Positions 30,027-40,657 of a DNA stretch of 64,000 nucleotides are shown piece by piece. The notes under the pieces were generated by a model, which ran no database searches, was not told the DNA's origin, and saw nothing but the letters and a program-made list of their open reading frames with translations. The number at the start of each line of letters is the position of its first letter. Positions within the stretch are counted from its first letter, which is position 1. The translations under genes were made by a program, and so were the position numbers. This DNA comes from Microcoleus sp. (GTDB lineage: Bacteria > Cyanobacteriota > Cyanobacteriia > Cyanobacteriales > Microcoleaceae), in assembly GCA_052279835.1 (NCBI GenBank), contig CP181291.1:4096001-4160000 (forward strand), written 5' to 3'.

Positions 30027-30764
30027 GTGCTCCAACGCATCAAACAAGACTTAAAAAACGACCTGATCGCAGGTCTTTTGGTAGTGATACCCTTAGCTAC
30101 CACCATCTGGCTGACAATCACTGTCGCCAGTTGGGTCATTAATTTTCTCACCAAAATTCCCAAGCAAATTAACCCTTTTGACGGCCTCAACCCGATTTTG
30201 GTGAATTTTCTCAATCTCTTGGTAGGGTTGGCTGTACCCCTGCTGAGCATTACGATTATTGGTCTGATGGCCCGTAATATCTTCGGGAAGTGGTTGTTAG
30301 ACTTGGGCGAACGTCTATTACAGGCAATTCCCCTAGCAGGTTCGGTTTACAAAACCCTCAAACAACTGCTGGGAACTATCCTCAAGTCCAATGACAAATT
30401 TCGCCGTGTGGTTTTGGTAGAGTATCCCCGGCGCGGAATCTGGACTTTGGCTTTTGTGACCGGTACGATCGAGAATAATGATATTCCGCCTTATCTTTCT
30501 GGCGAAAGTCCCATCGGCATTTTCATTCCCACTACTCCCAATCCCACTACTGGATGGTACGCTATTGTCCCGGAGGCAGATGTGGTTAATCTGTCAATGT
30601 CGATCGAAGATGCTTTTAAAGTCATCATCTCCGGCGGCATCGTCAACCCTAGCAACTCAGCTATAGTAACTACCGCAGTAACTACCGCCAACACCAAGGG
30701 GACAAAACTTGAATCCTTAATCCCCGATGCGAGATATCATCCGGTTCCAGTGGAAGAAGATTAA
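30027..30764 (+). CDS. DUF502 domain membrane protein
   Basis: AGLLVVIPL, VEYPRRG, FIPTTPNPTTGW. Confidence 0.92.
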   Translation: MLQRIKQDLKNDLIAGLLVVIPLATTIWLTITVASWVINFLTKIPKQINPFDGLNPILVNFLNLLVGLAVPLLSITIIGLMARNIFGKWLLDLGERLLQAIPLAGSVYKTLKQLLGTILKSNDKFRRVVLVEYPRRGIWTLAFVTGTIENNDIPPYLSGESPIGIFIPTTPNPTTGWYAIVPEADVVNLSMSIEDAFKVIISGGIVNPSNSAIVTTAVTTANTKGTKLESLIPDARYHPVPVEED

Positions 30765-30933
30765 ACCAATACATCGACAATCTTGCACAAAACCTGCCCA
30801 CACGGAAATCGTGACTGAGGGCGGGTTTTTTAGCAGTTTTTCTGCTAAAGTCCAAGTCTATGCCTTCAAATAGCCTCTAGCAATCTCAACAATTCCCCAA
30901 AATTCCTAAATTGCCAATTTCTATTTAAAATCT

Positions 30934-31566
30934 ATGAAAAAAGCCCGCGAAACCGCACGCGAACTCGCACTCCTTGGCATTAGCCAACTCCCAGCTAATC
31001 CAGAACTCTTAGAAGCAAAGAAACTCCAAGATGTCGTCCTCGCCGCCATCCGCACCCTGACTGCGGAAGTTCAAGAATCTCTAGAAACCGCAGCCTCAGA
31101 AGTGCAACGAGGTAGCGACAAACTCCTATCGAGCGAAATCCGCGCCTCCGATGTCGAAAGTGCTAGAGCAATGGTACGGGAAGCTGTGGAACTTACTCAA
31201 ACGGCGATTAACCGTCTCGGTTCAGCCATGGAGTTTCCCGAAATCATCCAGCTAGCTAACCAGCAAGATGTCCGCAATTATGCTTTGCAAATCTTGGCAA
31301 AAGTCAGTGCGAACCGCCCAGAAATTGATGACTTGCTCAAAGAAGCCCTCGTGGACTGGCAAATCGAACGTTTGCCCAGGATCGATCGAGATATCATGAG
31401 AATTGCGATCGCGGAAATTCTATTTCTAGGCTTACCCGAACAAGTCGGTGTCAACGAAGCTGTCCAACTAGCAAAACGTTACAGTGGCGACGAAGGACAT
31501 CGGTTTATCAACGGAGTATTGCGCCGAGTTGTCGATCGCATTAATGCACAAGCAGTTAGTAAATAG
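30934..31566 (+). CDS. nusB: Transcription antitermination factor NusB
   Basis: ARELAL, WQIERLPRIDRDIMR, NEAVQLAKRY, FINGVL. Confidence 0.95.
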   Translation: MKKARETARELALLGISQLPANPELLEAKKLQDVVLAAIRTLTAEVQESLETAASEVQRGSDKLLSSEIRASDVESARAMVREAVELTQTAINRLGSAMEFPEIIQLANQQDVRNYALQILAKVSANRPEIDDLLKEALVDWQIERLPRIDRDIMRIAIAEILFLGLPEQVGVNEAVQLAKRYSGDEGHRFINGVLRRVVDRINAQAVSK

Positions 31567-31670
31567 TCATTAGTCATTAGTCATTAGTCATTAGTGATTA
31601 GTGATTAGTGATTAATCATCCTTCCCAATTCCCAATTTCCAATTCCCAATTCCCAATTCCCAATTCCCAT
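31565..31670. repeat. STRR heptamers (GTCATTA)n and (TTCCCAA)n
   Basis: Directly visible. Confidence 0.9.
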
Positions 31671-31685
31671 TTTAATTTTAATTTT

Positions 31686-33410
31686 ATGGTTTTTAATTGG
31701 TTTCGTCGCCAGTACAGCGAAAGTGGATCTTCTGAACAAGAAAATATTCCCGAACAGCCCCAAGAAGAGTCACCAAAAGAATCCGCGCCCGTTGAGCCTC
31801 AAACAGATGCAGCAGATCCAAGTTCCCCCGCCATAGCAGAGGATTATCTCAATTGGGCGAAAGCTGCTTATAAAAATATTCAAAAACAGCAAAAACCGGA
31901 AACAGAAGTTACCCAGACACCAGTAACTGAGGTTCCAGCAGCCGAAACAGATATTGCTGAATCCGCAACTGTCGCAGCAACTAATGCGATCGAACTTGAG
32001 GCTCCCATAGCACAAGTAGTCGCAGAAACATCAGAAATTTCTGCACCTGCCATTGTCGAAGCCACCGATGCTTCGCCGACAGCCGAGTCGATCGCCATTC
32101 CTGAACCGATAGCTCAACAATTAGAAGTTTCAACCCAACAGGGAGAAATTCCCGAACCTGCCATTTCTGTTCCCGATCCAGAATCGATCGCATCAGAACC
32201 AAATCCCACGGCGACAGAAGTCCCAGCCGAAACAGCAGAAGCCCTGCCCTTTTGGGCCAGAGCTCAGGCCGATCGCATGGAACGGATCGAACGGCTCAAA
32301 GAAACCGCCCTCGAAGAACCAGAGGTAATTGCAGCAGCAGCAGCCAGAGCTGCAATTATCGAAGAAATTCCCGGTTTTGCCTTTGACGAAGGCTTCCTGT
32401 GGTCCTCAGAAATCCTCGCCAGTCAAGGCCGGCGGCCAGATCAAGTATCTGTCGAAGAAATCACTTGGCTGCAAAAACTGCGTAAAGGCTTAGAAAGAAC
32501 CCGTCGTAGCTTAATTAATCGACTTAAGGCGATCGTCGGTCAAGGCCCGCTCAATCAAGACGCAGTGGCGGAAATTGAGACTTTATTGCTCCAAGCCGAC
32601 GTCGGAGTCGCAGCCACAGACATTATCATCAGTCGCCTCCAAGCCAAACTCTCAGCAGAAGTCCTACCGCCAGAACAGGCCCTAGCCTATCTCAAAACCA
32701 TTCTGCGGGACATCCTCGATGCACCCTGTGCCGAAACAGCCGCCGGCAATCCCGCTTACAGTCTGAATTTTGCCCCCGAAAAAGACACCTTCAATATTTG
32801 GTTGATTGTCGGAGTTAATGGCGCGGGGAAAACTACAACCATCGGTAAACTTGCCCACATTGCCCAAAAATCAGGATACAAAACTCTGATAGGTGCCGCC
32901 GACACTTTCCGTGCCGCCGCCGTCGAACAAGTGAAAGTTTGGGGAGCTCGCAGCGGGGTCGAAATTATTGCCAATCCTGGGAAAAACACCGATCCGGCTG
33001 CTGTAGTCTTTGATGCGATCGCAGCGGCCCAGGCTAGAGATACAGAACTCTTAATCGTAGACACCGCAGGTCGTCTGCAAAACAAAAAAAACTTGATGGA
33101 TGAACTCAGTAAAATCCGTCGCATTGTAGATAAAAAAGCTCCTGGTGCTACCGTAGAATCTCTACTGGTTTTGGATGCCACACTAGGTCAAAATGGTTTG
33201 CGACAGGCCGAAGTTTTCGCAGAGGCTGCAAAATTAAGCGGAGTAGTCTTGACAAAACTCGATGGATCTGCTAAAGGTGGTGTTGCCCTAGCAGTAGTGC
33301 AGCAACTCGGTCTGCCGATCCGGTTTATTGGAGTCGGGGAAAGCATCGAAGACCTACGCCCGTTTTCTAGCTACGAGTTTGTGGAAGCCCTGCTGGATTT
33401 TAGATTCTAG
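31686..33410 (+). CDS. ftsY: Signal recognition particle receptor FtsY with long acidic N-terminus
   Basis: GVNGAGKTTT, DTFRAAA, DTAGR, TKLDG; start at MVFNWF (the extension lies in STRR). Confidence 0.95.
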   Translation: MVFNWFRRQYSESGSSEQENIPEQPQEESPKESAPVEPQTDAADPSSPAIAEDYLNWAKAAYKNIQKQQKPETEVTQTPVTEVPAAETDIAESATVAATNAIELEAPIAQVVAETSEISAPAIVEATDASPTAESIAIPEPIAQQLEVSTQQGEIPEPAISVPDPESIASEPNPTATEVPAETAEALPFWARAQADRMERIERLKETALEEPEVIAAAAARAAIIEEIPGFAFDEGFLWSSEILASQGRRPDQVSVEEITWLQKLRKGLERTRRSLINRLKAIVGQGPLNQDAVAEIETLLLQADVGVAATDIIISRLQAKLSAEVLPPEQALAYLKTILRDILDAPCAETAAGNPAYSLNFAPEKDTFNIWLIVGVNGAGKTTTIGKLAHIAQKSGYKTLIGAADTFRAAAVEQVKVWGARSGVEIIANPGKNTDPAAVVFDAIAAAQARDTELLIVDTAGRLQNKKNLMDELSKIRRIVDKKAPGATVESLLVLDATLGQNGLRQAEVFAEAAKLSGVVLTKLDGSAKGGVALAVVQQLGLPIRFIGVGESIEDLRPFSSYEFVEALLDFRF

Positions 33411-33776
33411 ATTTCAGATTTTTGATTGATGAGGTATCTGTAACCGTCCCAATTTTTTTGAGGCGGACAGGCAGCATAAACATCCAAAATCCTCAACCTA
33501 AAACTAAAATCGTAGGAATTACCTACAGGAACAGGGTTTTCGATGGACAAAGGCTGTGTAAAAGACTAGATTAAGTTGTCGCGCATGGAATTTGTAGGGT
33601 AATTTGAATTTAAATTCTTGTGGCTGGTGTTTCAGCTAGCCACAAAGATACAAATTGTTAAATGCAAAACAGATAATCTAGAAAATCATCTAGAAAAAAA
33701 TCGGGTTTCAGTTCTGCTTCTGTGTAAGTGCTGAATCATTCCTCTTTAATTTAAAATCGAAAATCACAAATCTAAA

Positions 33777-35264
33777 ATGACTGCTGTGCCTTTGCCTCGC
33801 CCCTCACCTCAACCTGCTGACCGCCCTTCTGGTCGCAATTCCATCGACGTGACGCCAGTCTTCGCGCTCAAAGAACTGGTGGCCCGCTTGCACCGCTACC
33901 AGCATAATGTTCAAGATATGTTGAGTTCCCTGGGATTTGCCCTGCGGACTTTTAATAATCTCAATCAATTTTTGGAGCTGGTTCCTTTGGTAGCGACTCG
34001 CGTTACCGATGCCGATGGCGGAGCTTTGGTACTGTTCAAGCCCAACGGTCAAGTCAGGTTTCAGCAGTTGCACTGTCAATCAGGACGGCAGTGTCAAGAT
34101 ATGCGAAAAGCACTGGAAATTGCCACTAAGCAAGTGACAACAGGTGTGGGAACCGGGGCTGAGTTTATGTCGGGTAACTCCGGGCAAACTTCTAGTCTAG
34201 ATATTCAAGTCAGTCGGTTTTTAGGCCCGGATGTTCACTTGTTTGGTGCACCAATTTTACTGAATAATTTGGAACGGGGACGGCTGTACGTTTTTAGCAG
34301 CGAATCCCAATATTTGTTCACCGCAGGGAGACAGAAATTAGTCCGTTTGGTGGCAGATCAAACCGCAGTTGCGATCGCCAAAGATGAGCTAAATGTTAAA
34401 TTGGCAGAGAAAGAGCGTTTAGACAGAGAGTTGGAAATTGGTGCAGAAATTCAACTGCGACTCTTGCCTCGTAGTTGCCCCAAAATTCCCGGTCTAGATG
34501 TGGCCGCCCGCTGTCAAACAGCTAGCAGAGTTGGCGGAGATTATTATGATTTTATTCCCGCCGACTATGACCCCATAGGCAAGGAACAGGAGTCAGAACA
34601 TACCCCATCCTTGATCAAAAATCTCAAGTCAAAAATGGACAAGGGTCGCTGGAGTGTTGTCATCGGTGATGTCATGGGTAAGGGAGTACCCGCTGGTCTG
34701 TTGATGACGATGACACGCGGTATGCTGCGGGCAGAGGTTTTGAACCGCCACTCCCCGGCCAGAATTCTGCAACATTTAAACCGGGTAATGCACGCGGATT
34801 TGGAAAATTCCCACCGTTTTGTGACTCTGTTTTATTCTGAGTATGACCCGAAAACTCGGACTCTTTCTTACAGTAATGCTGCTCATCACCCGCCTTTGCT
34901 TTGGCAAGCAGCCACTAATTCTATTGAGAGACTCGATACTCTCGAAGGGATGCTAATTGGCTTGGATGCTGATTCGCGCTACCAAGAGGCCCAGGTACAA
35001 TTGCAGCCGGGAGATACTATTATTTATTACACCGATGGTTTTACTGATGCTGCCAATCAAGTTGGGGAGCGCTTTGATGAGGACAATTTGACGGAAGCTT
35101 TTCAATGGGCTTGTCAAAATTATCATGAGTCTGAGCAAATTTTGAACTATTTGTTCGATCGAGTTCACCAGTTTATCGGCATGGGCAACCAAAATGGAGA
35201 CGATATGACACTGGTTGTAATGAGAGTAACACCTGCTACAGAAGAAAATCACCATGATAGTTAA
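33777..35264 (+). CDS. PP2C/SpoIIE-type Ser/Thr phosphatase with GAF-like domain
   Basis: VGGDYYD, GDVMGKG, YTDG, DDMT. Confidence 0.92.
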   Translation: MTAVPLPRPSPQPADRPSGRNSIDVTPVFALKELVARLHRYQHNVQDMLSSLGFALRTFNNLNQFLELVPLVATRVTDADGGALVLFKPNGQVRFQQLHCQSGRQCQDMRKALEIATKQVTTGVGTGAEFMSGNSGQTSSLDIQVSRFLGPDVHLFGAPILLNNLERGRLYVFSSESQYLFTAGRQKLVRLVADQTAVAIAKDELNVKLAEKERLDRELEIGAEIQLRLLPRSCPKIPGLDVAARCQTASRVGGDYYDFIPADYDPIGKEQESEHTPSLIKNLKSKMDKGRWSVVIGDVMGKGVPAGLLMTMTRGMLRAEVLNRHSPARILQHLNRVMHADLENSHRFVTLFYSEYDPKTRTLSYSNAAHHPPLLWQAATNSIERLDTLEGMLIGLDADSRYQEAQVQLQPGDTIIYYTDGFTDAANQVGERFDEDNLTEAFQWACQNYHESEQILNYLFDRVHQFIGMGNQNGDDMTLVVMRVTPATEENHHDS

Positions 35265-35493
35265 TTTGATGATTGAAACAACGGTTGGATTGAGTAGCTG
35301 GATTAATTGGAACGATGCGGTGGATTTATTAGTTTGGAAATCTCATTTAAGTTCGACTGTGATTTTGGGTCAAAGCTATGAGATTTTTAGTAATATTCAG
35401 AAGTCTTGGAACCATTTTGTGTCTAGTGGTCAAATAGCTGCTTTTGGTATAGGGCTATTTGTGGGCTGGTTCATTAAGGGAATATTCCGTTAG
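35254..35493 (+). CDS. Small hypothetical membrane protein
   Basis: WNHFVSSGQIAAFGIGLFVGW C-terminal TM; overlaps the phosphatase stop codon. Confidence 0.6.
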   Translation: MIVNLMIETTVGLSSWINWNDAVDLLVWKSHLSSTVILGQSYEIFSNIQKSWNHFVSSGQIAAFGIGLFVGWFIKGIFR

Positions 35494-35698
35494 TAAGTCA
35501 GCCAACTTCCAAAAAATGAAGGCCCAGAAACCCGACTTCTTTAATTGCTGCGGGATTCTAACAGAAGGATGAAAGTATAAAATTTATTGCTTCTTTTTCA
35601 TTCTTCCTTCTTCCTTCCTTCCTTCTTCCTTCCTTCCTTCCTTCTTCCTTCCTTCATTCTTCATTCTTCCTTCTTCAACATCTGCTATATCTTCAAAA

Positions 35699-37087
35699 AT
35701 GACAAAACAACAAACAACTTGGAGTCAAAGATTTGAATCGGCACTGCACCCAGCTATCGTGCGATTCAATGCGAGTATTGGTTTTGATATTGAACTGATT
35801 GAGTACGACTTGACGGGTTCGGTGGCTCATGCTAAGATGCTGGCCAAAACTGGGATTATTTCAGATGCAGAAGGTGAACAATTAGTCAATGGTTTGGAAC
35901 AGATTCGTCAGGAATACCAAAAAGGACTGTTTGTACCGGGTATTGACTCAGAAGATGTTCATTTTGCAGTAGAGAAGCGACTGACGGAAATAGTCGGTGA
36001 TGCAGGGAAAAAATTGCACACGGCTCGATCGCGCAACGATCAAGCAGGTACTGATACTCGTTTGTATTTGCGCGACAAAATTGACCAAATCCGCCAGCAG
36101 TTGCGGGAATTTCAAGGGGTTTTGCTAGATATTGCTGAGCAAAATGTGGAAACTTTAATTCCAGGTTATACGCACTTGCAGCGCGCTCAACCAATTAGCT
36201 TGGCTCATTACCTGTTAGCTTATTTTCAAATGAGCGATCGCGACTGGGAACGCCTCGGCGATGTTAGCAAACGTGTTAATATTTCGCCTCTGGGTTGCAG
36301 TGCGCTGGCGGGGACTACTTTCCCGATCGACCGGCACTATACCGCCGAACTATTGCATTTTGACAGAGTTTATGATAATAGCTTAGATGGAGTTAGCGAT
36401 CGAGATTTCGCCATCGAATTTCTCGCAGCCGCCAGCTTGATCATGGTACACCTGAGTCGCTTGTCCGAAGAAATGATTCTCTGGTCGTCTCACGAGTTTG
36501 GATTTATTTCACTCAAAGATAGTTGCGCTACCGGTTCGAGCATTATGCCACAGAAAAAAAATCCTGACGTACCCGAATTGGTGCGGGGTAAGGCAGGGCG
36601 AGTTTTCGGTAACTTGCAGGCGATGCTGGTAGTGATGAAGGGACTCCCTTTAGCCTATAACAAAGACTTACAAGAAGATAAAGAAGCTTTGTTTGACAGC
36701 GTGAAAACGGTACAAGCTTGTTTGGAAGCAATGACGATTTTGCTGCGGGAAGGCATCGCGTTTAACAGCGATCGCCTCGCCGCGGCCGTTACAGAAGACT
36801 TTTCCAACGCTACAGATGTAGCCGACTATCTAGCCACTAAAGGCATTCCCTTCCGGGAAGCTTATAACCTCGTGGGCAAAGTTGTCAAAACTTGTCTGTT
36901 GGGGGGCAAACTCCTCAAAGATTTGACACTTGAGGAGTGGAAAGAATTGCACCCAGCTTTTGAAACCGACATTTACAGCGCGATCGCACCTCAGCAAGTG
37001 GTAGCGGCTCGCAATAGTTACGGGGGTACCGGGTTTGAACAAGTGAGGAAATCACTGACTGCTGCGCGCGATCGGCTCAACGATTAA
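35699..37087 (+). CDS. argH: Argininosuccinate lyase
   Basis: [32 protein letters not shown]. Confidence 0.97.
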   Translation: MTKQQTTWSQRFESALHPAIVRFNASIGFDIELIEYDLTGSVAHAKMLAKTGIISDAEGEQLVNGLEQIRQEYQKGLFVPGIDSEDVHFAVEKRLTEIVGDAGKKLHTARSRNDQAGTDTRLYLRDKIDQIRQQLREFQGVLLDIAEQNVETLIPGYTHLQRAQPISLAHYLLAYFQMSDRDWERLGDVSKRVNISPLGCSALAGTTFPIDRHYTAELLHFDRVYDNSLDGVSDRDFAIEFLAAASLIMVHLSRLSEEMILWSSHEFGFISLKDSCATGSSIMPQKKNPDVPELVRGKAGRVFGNLQAMLVVMKGLPLAYNKDLQEDKEALFDSVKTVQACLEAMTILLREGIAFNSDRLAAAVTEDFSNATDVADYLATKGIPFREAYNLVGKVVKTCLLGGKLLKDLTLEEWKELHPAFETDIYSAIAPQQVVAARNSYGGTGFEQVRKSLTAARDRLND

Positions 37088-37275
37088 TCTTCAGCGGCAG
37101 CCATATCTTTGTCTCTGCCGCTACCAGTCATGGCGCCCATGCCACCACCGTTGCCTCCGTCAAATCGCCTTCTCTTGTTAGAGAACATATCTTGATTTCT
37201 GCGCTTGCGAAACTTGCGGGCGTATGCTTGATTTCGTTGTGCCTTCTCTTTCTTGAGATTACGGCGTTTAGCCAT
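37084..37275 (-). CDS. Small Arg/Lys-rich protein (63 aa)
   Basis: [24 protein letters not shown], recognised as a conserved cyanobacterial small protein; GAGG RBS before ATG 37275. Confidence 0.75.
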   Translation of the reverse strand: MAKRRNLKKEKAQRNQAYARKFRKRRNQDMFSNKRRRFDGGNGGGMGAMTGSGRDKDMAAAED

Positions 37276-37295
37276 TCTGACCTCACTAATAAACA

Positions 37296-37614
37296 TTGAC
37301 AGTCCCCGGTCTAAAGACACGGGGATTCTTAAGACTTTGCAGCCTGAATATCCCTATTGCTAAGGTTTCCGGGCGCAATCCTTTCGCCAAAAAAACTGGC
37401 GGTCTGCTATCCTAGCATTGCAACTAGCTCCTCGGTCGTAACTTTCCCCCAGTCCAAGGGTAGGTTTTAATGTCTTGTACTGACAATTGCAATTTTACCA
37501 CGCCAAAACAAGGTGTTAACATGATTTGGCCTGATAGTCAATCAAGGCAGGATGATCGTGTAACTGCCTTTGTCTCCCTGAATTAACATCCAGGGGGTTT
37601 TCAGGCTATTCTTT
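37296..37614 (-). mobile_element. Non-autonomous IS200/IS605 derivative (about 320 bp): left end, omega-RNA-like segment, right end, no transposase
   Basis: Minus strand TTAT then AAAGAATAGCCTGAAAACCCCCTGGATGTTAATTCAGGGAG (left-end hairpin) ... AAGAATCCCCGTGTCTTTAGACCGGGGACTGTCAA (right-end hairpin plus TCAA). Confidence 0.75.
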
Positions 37615-37983
37615 ATAACTAATATTCCTGAATTCAGGAGATACATTTAACAGATAGCGTGACTTGTAGATCATAGCAGGCTATAGGCAAAATTGAAAAA
37701 AAAAATCAAAAAACTCTTGACAAATACGACAAATGATAATACAACCGGGTGACTTAGCTCCTGAGTTCTGTTGGCTCGATGGTGGGAGTAATTTTATGCC
37801 TCTGGCAGATTTTCGATAGCATCAAATTATACTCTAGTTTGAGCGATATCTGCTACGGATTCCCCAAAAAATATTGGAAAAAAATTCAGAGGTCATCACT
37901 CAAACTACGTTGGCGATCGACCCTGATGGTACGATTGGAAAAGTTTAAAATTTCCGAACCCTCTTCCCAAAGCTTGTGAGTTT

Positions 37984-38439
37984 ATGCGTCGATTGTGGCA
38001 GATTGGACAAACCGTGCTAGGACTAATATTTCGACATCCCGTCACTGGTACTGGCATTATCCCCCTATTACCTGATGGTCGAATTGTCCTAATTCGTCGG
38101 CGTGACAACGGTTGCTGGGCACTGCCGGGAGGTATGGTTGATTGGGGCGAAAATATTACGACTACAGTCCGCCGGGAATTGGCTGAAGAAACAGGGCTAG
38201 AGCTGGTAAAAATCCGCCGTTTGGTGGGGGTATACTCAGATCCCGATCGCGATCCTCGACTTCACTCTATTTGTATCGTTGTCGAAGCAGAAGTCCAGGG
38301 AACAATTCAAATTCAGGATACCCTCGAAATCAGCCAAGTAGAAGCTTTTTTACCCACATCCCTACCGAGCGGCGAATTCAGCCACGATAGCGACAAGCAT
38401 TTGCAGGACTATTTTCAAGGTCTGACAATTGTAAATTGA
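37984..38439 (+). CDS. NUDIX hydrolase
   Basis: GG.VDWGE......RELAEETGL Nudix box; RDPR. Confidence 0.93.
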   Translation: MRRLWQIGQTVLGLIFRHPVTGTGIIPLLPDGRIVLIRRRDNGCWALPGGMVDWGENITTTVRRELAEETGLELVKIRRLVGVYSDPDRDPRLHSICIVVEAEVQGTIQIQDTLEISQVEAFLPTSLPSGEFSHDSDKHLQDYFQGLTIVN

Positions 38440-38540
38440 AACGAAGTGCAGCTAGATTTTAGTCAAATTTTGAATCAATTTTTATAAACAACCACTCAAC
38501 CTTGGATGAAGGTTCTTTTGATTAATGAATATTTAACCGG

Positions 38541-39353
38541 ATGTACTCACAGCTACGAAATTCTCGCATCAAACTTTCTTTAGGACAAATATTCTGGCAC
38601 GAAGTCGGTCAGGGGCCAAACTTGGTGTTTTTGCACGGTTCTTGGGACAACAGCAATCAGTGGCTGAAGACGATCGAATATTTATGTCCCCAGTACCACT
38701 GTTTCGCACCAGATTTACTGGGATTTGGCGATTCAGAACGCCCTAAGATGAATTATTCCATCGACCTCGAAGTAGAATGTCTCGCCCAATACTTAGACAC
38801 GTTAAATCTGCAAGAGGTTTATTTGATTGGTCACTCCTTGGGTGGCTGGGTAGCCACTAGCTACGCCCTCAAATATCCCGATCGAGTCAAAGGTTTGGTG
38901 TTGTTAGCGCCCGAAGGAGTGAATGCCGGCACTAGGCGAGGACGCTGGCAGATGGCTAGGTTGCTGACGGGTACACCTCCTATGGCTTACTGGCTGCTGC
39001 GATCGATTTATCCCATTGCTAAGTTGTTTGGTAGTCCCAATAAGATTGAGGAGCTACTCAAATTCAGAAAAGAGTTGATAGGTTCCCCAGTGGCGATGAA
39101 ATTGCTATTTAGACGGCGACGAGCCGAAATTAAGGCAGAGTTGGTGGATGAGAAGTTGTCTGAGCTGACAACTCCTTTATTGTTGTTACAGGAATCTCAA
39201 CATCAGGCTCATGCTTCCTCGTCTCTGTGTCAGTCCTATGCTGCTTTGGCGACGAGGGCAGAGATTGAATTTATCAATTCTGAGAGCATAAATTTACTGG
39301 TAGAATACCCGGATTTGGTGGCAAAGTATATTGGGGAATTTGCCAAGCATTGA
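38541..39353 (+). CDS. Alpha/beta fold hydrolase
   Basis: FLHG, DLLGFG, GHSLGG; no obvious catalytic His near the C-terminus. Confidence 0.85.
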   Translation: MYSQLRNSRIKLSLGQIFWHEVGQGPNLVFLHGSWDNSNQWLKTIEYLCPQYHCFAPDLLGFGDSERPKMNYSIDLEVECLAQYLDTLNLQEVYLIGHSLGGWVATSYALKYPDRVKGLVLLAPEGVNAGTRRGRWQMARLLTGTPPMAYWLLRSIYPIAKLFGSPNKIEELLKFRKELIGSPVAMKLLFRRRRAEIKAELVDEKLSELTTPLLLLQESQHQAHASSSLCQSYAALATRAEIEFINSESINLLVEYPDLVAKYIGEFAKH

Positions 39354-39357
39354 AATC

Positions 39358-40257
39358 TCAACTCACAAATTGATTGAGACCCCAAAAAATAGCTTCTGGG
39401 GTGTCAATTACCCTGGCAGCGGTGTCAGGAAAGGTGGTGGCGAGATATTGTAACAACAAAGTGCGATCGCCCCCTGTCAAGGCTATGTGACTATTAGGAA
39501 ACAAGCCCAGCCAATCTTCAATAAAATCATTGACGGCTGCTACCACACCGCGCACCACTCCGCTAACCATGGCGCTCTCGGTATCCCCAGCCCAGCGCCC
39601 AGTCAGGCGATCTGGTAACATCACTACAGGTAAACCAGCAGTTTTCTCTCCCAGAGACCACAATTGCAACCCTAAACCCGGTAGAATAGCGCCCCCAACT
39701 AAACGCCTATTGACATCGGCTCCAGTAAATGTTAAAGCTGTACCAGTATCTATAACTAAGATTGGCCAACCTAATTGGGTGCCAGCACCCAATAAAGTCA
39801 AAGCTCTGTCAATTCCCAGCGTCGGATAGAGTCCCTCGATCGGTAACTGGTCTAAAGTAATAATTCGGCTATCGGGATAACTCTGCCAAAGTGTGGTTTG
39901 ATCTGGCACTACTGAAGCCAACACTAGAGGTAATACACCCAACTCTGGTTTGCCAAGTGGCGCAATTTCAGGATTAGTAGAAATGAGCTTTTGAGCAGAT
40001 TGTTTCTCGATCGACTCGATTACTGTCCGCACTAGAAATTCGGTCATTTCATCCTGAGATAGATGCTGCACAGCCTGAATACTCAAATGCTTTGTCTCCC
40101 ATGTTTTTTGGAGATTTTTGCCCTTGAATAATCCCCAGTGCAAACGGGAATTGCCGATCGCCAAAGCTATGGTCATCTCCGTTTTACTATTTAATCCAGA
40201 GATAAAATTGACAGTGTTTGTTGGCGGGGAGAATTTTTTAGCACTTGGGTTTGTCAT
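39358..40257 (-). CDS. coaX: Type III pantothenate kinase
   Basis: IGNSRLHWG, LGIDR, IDTGTALT, GGAILPG, TGGD; start may be 40176. Confidence 0.9.
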   Translation of the reverse strand: MTNPSAKKFSPPTNTVNFISGLNSKTEMTIALAIGNSRLHWGLFKGKNLQKTWETKHLSIQAVQHLSQDEMTEFLVRTVIESIEKQSAQKLISTNPEIAPLGKPELGVLPLVLASVVPDQTTLWQSYPDSRIITLDQLPIEGLYPTLGIDRALTLLGAGTQLGWPILVIDTGTALTFTGADVNRRLVGGAILPGLGLQLWSLGEKTAGLPVVMLPDRLTGRWAGDTESAMVSGVVRGVVAAVNDFIEDWLGLFPNSHIALTGGDRTLLLQYLATTFPDTAARVIDTPEAIFWGLNQFVS

Positions 40258-40657
40258 CTTGATTAACAGAGTAGACTTAAATAAAGATTGAACTAAAGAT
40301 GGATTTTAGGTAGTTTTTTAAATCTAAAATCGGCGGTTGACTCTAATATACCTCTCCCATATTTTTTGTGGAACAGCCACGAAACCCCGATCGAAAAAAG
40401 GATTTAAGACAGAGGGAGAATTGACATCTTTTATTCAACTAGCGCCGGTTGATAATTAGTAAGAGCTACTACAGAATGTTGGTGAAAGCGTTATTATAAG
40501 TATAATGTAAAGCGAGCGTAGCTAAGCTAGAGCTGCATCCTTTATAATATTTAAGAATAGACAACAGTCCGGGTAAGTTTGCTAAGGCTGTTGGTGGGGT
40601 AAGCATAGGTATAAAAGACCAGACCAAATAAAGATAGTTCACAAAATCTGAGTAAAT

